Shown here: positions 62,284-64,000 of the stretch, piece by piece
How the letters are laid out: each line of letters starts with the position of its first letter
Numbering within the stretch: the stretch's first letter is position 1
Source: Tricharina praecox
Lineage: Eukaryota
Reading direction: 5' to 3'
Assembly (NCBI RefSeq): GCF_024521635.1
Contig: NW_026250414.1
Span: 372,001-436,000 of the forward strand
Length of the DNA stretch: 64,000 nt
Translations under genes and position numbers: made by a program
The notes under the pieces: model-generated
The model's database searches: none
Seen by the model: only the letters and a program-made list of their open reading frames with translations
Told to the model about the DNA's origin: nothing

Positions 62284-64000
62284 TTAGAGTTGAAGGCGGC
62301 GATTCATCGGCGGAAGGCCACTGCGGCGCCGTTTCTTGAGAGCGAGTGCACCTACTGTTGTTGTCGCGGGTTCGTCAGCGGTTGTTCTGGAATGGACAGA
62401 CTCCTCCTACGCACGCACACACGAACACGCGCGCGGTCTCGAAGTCTCGAGGTTGCATCGCCATCGACCGACACGACACATGACGTGGCTCTGGACGGAC
62501 GCCGAACGCCGAACATGATGATGCCCGGGCAGCCAGACGACAGAGAGGCAGAGAGGCAGAGAGGCAGAGAGGCAGAGAGGCAGAGAGGCAGAGAGGCAGA
62601 GAGGCAGAGAGGCAGAGAATGGGAGGAGGGCACGTACACAGCAACGCCAGCAGATACCGCAAAAGAGCCTTCCTCCATCTCGGGGCACCGAGCATAACCA
62701 GTTTCCAGAACCATCCATCGTACAGCAACTTCCCGTTGCGGTCAAAGTTTGCCGAAGGAATGTTTACCGAAGCGGCGTACTGCTTGATTTTTTTCTGGTT
62801 GAAGGGCGGATATCGGAACTGTTTCCCCGGGTCGGTCAGTCAGTGGACTGCTGTGGGAGGGGAGTCGTTCTGTTTGCTTTTGTTGGACTTGCCTGCATTA
62901 AGTTCTCGGTCCAGCTGGGCTGCGTGATGACTGGTCGTTTGTGCGTGAATGCATCGAACGTGTGCCGCCCTGTGATGTTTCGAGCCATGTGAGTACAGAG
63001 TTCAACGGCCGTCTGGTGGCCGGTCGGCGGGGTGCAATCGCCTCACCTCTGTAGGCTCCACTACCACTCTCGCCAACTCCTCCGAACGGGACGCTGTGAA
63101 TGGCGGCATGGAATATGGTGTCGTTGAACGTTACACCACCACTGCGAGTATTTGAGAGAACTACACACACACACACACACACACGAAGAAGGGTCAGCAA
63201 CACAGAGCAGCACTCGATGACATCGGCTCCCCTCGAAAACGTACTCATCTCTTTCTCCTTCTTGTCGCGCGTAAAAGCATACAGCGCAAGCGGGCAGTCT
63301 CCCACTTTCCTTACGATACCCAACATCTCCTGCAGCCCGCCCGGAACCACCACGTACGGCAGCAGCGGCCCAAAGATCTCCTCGCCCAGCAAGGAATCAT
63401 CCAGGCTATCGACCCTGATGACGGTTGGCTCAATCCACTTGTCCTCTGCGTCCGACCGTCCTCCGAAGACGATCTTCCCCTTGCTGTTCTCGAGCATGCC
63501 CACAATGCGGTTGAAGTGCCGCTCGTTGATGATGCGCGCAAAGTTGTCTGGGTCTTGCGTGCCGTTCGGAAAGAACTTGTGCATGGTCTTGATGTAGCTC
63601 TCGACGAAGGCGGCTTCGCAGCTGGGGTCGATCAGGACGTAGTCGGGGGCGAGACATATCTGCCCGCAGTTCATGAGTTTTCCCCAGGCGACGCGTGGTC
63701 CCGCCAGTTTTGCGTCCGCGGTCGAGGTTATGACAACCGGGTTCAGACCGCCTCTGAGATCATCCGTCAGCATTCGCTCTCGTAGGGATTCTCCACTCCA
63801 TCATTTGGTGTAACCCACAGCTCCAGGAGTACAGGCGTCAAGTGTTTGGCTGCCGCCTTGGAGACGATCCGGCCCACGGCGCTGCTGCCAGTGTACAGGA
63901 TCTTGTCCCACTTGCAGTCGAGCAGCCTCGTGGTCTCCTCGATGCCGCCGTTGACGACCGCGTAACAGTCGGGGTCCAGGGCCTCCTTCACGATCTTTTC
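62284..64000 (-). CDS. HFD1: Fatty aldehyde dehydrogenase (ALDH3/Hfd1-like); 3' part only, gene starts beyond window end; multi-exon
   Basis: [47 protein letters not shown] (catalytic Cys), [36 protein letters not shown], then hydrophobic tail [17 protein letters not shown] with stop at 62284. Confidence 0.9.
62542..62618. repeat. (AGAGAGGC)n 8-bp microsatellite inside the last ALDH intron
   Basis: About 9 tandem copies. Confidence 0.9.

Overview
Eukaryotic genomic DNA from a filamentous ascomycete, judged from short GT-AG introns with CTAAC/CTGAC branch sites; no rRNA, tRNA or CRISPR was seen. Conserved genes in order: phospholipase D1 (runs off the left edge), a gamma-glutamyltranspeptidase-family gene, D-arabinitol 2-dehydrogenase, a 2-TM hypothetical protein, guanine deaminase, a small Cys/His protein, a cyclase-family protein, UPS1, PRP24, MED7, DPP1-like PAP2 phosphatase, an MFS transporter, a GRGGAGN-repeat (Par32/DUF3602-like) protein, and a fatty aldehyde dehydrogenase (runs off the right edge). 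An accessory island at about 15-23.5 kb holds three things: a TIR-bounded single-ORF PIF/Harbinger element with one in-frame stop; a multi-exon gene whose spliced model reads BED zinc finger + CxC/CxxCxH zinc module + STAND/Crinkler-type P-loop NTPase + degenerate restriction-endonuclease-like domain (its first two exons are missing from the ORF track); and a pogo-type HTH fused to a 15-bp minisatellite. Intergenic DNA carries a hAT-like relic, two foldback elements, minisatellites, a dispersed TACTCTAGAGTA palindrome family and weak box C/D snoRNA candidates. All family assignments come from motif recognition by eye, not from database searches.
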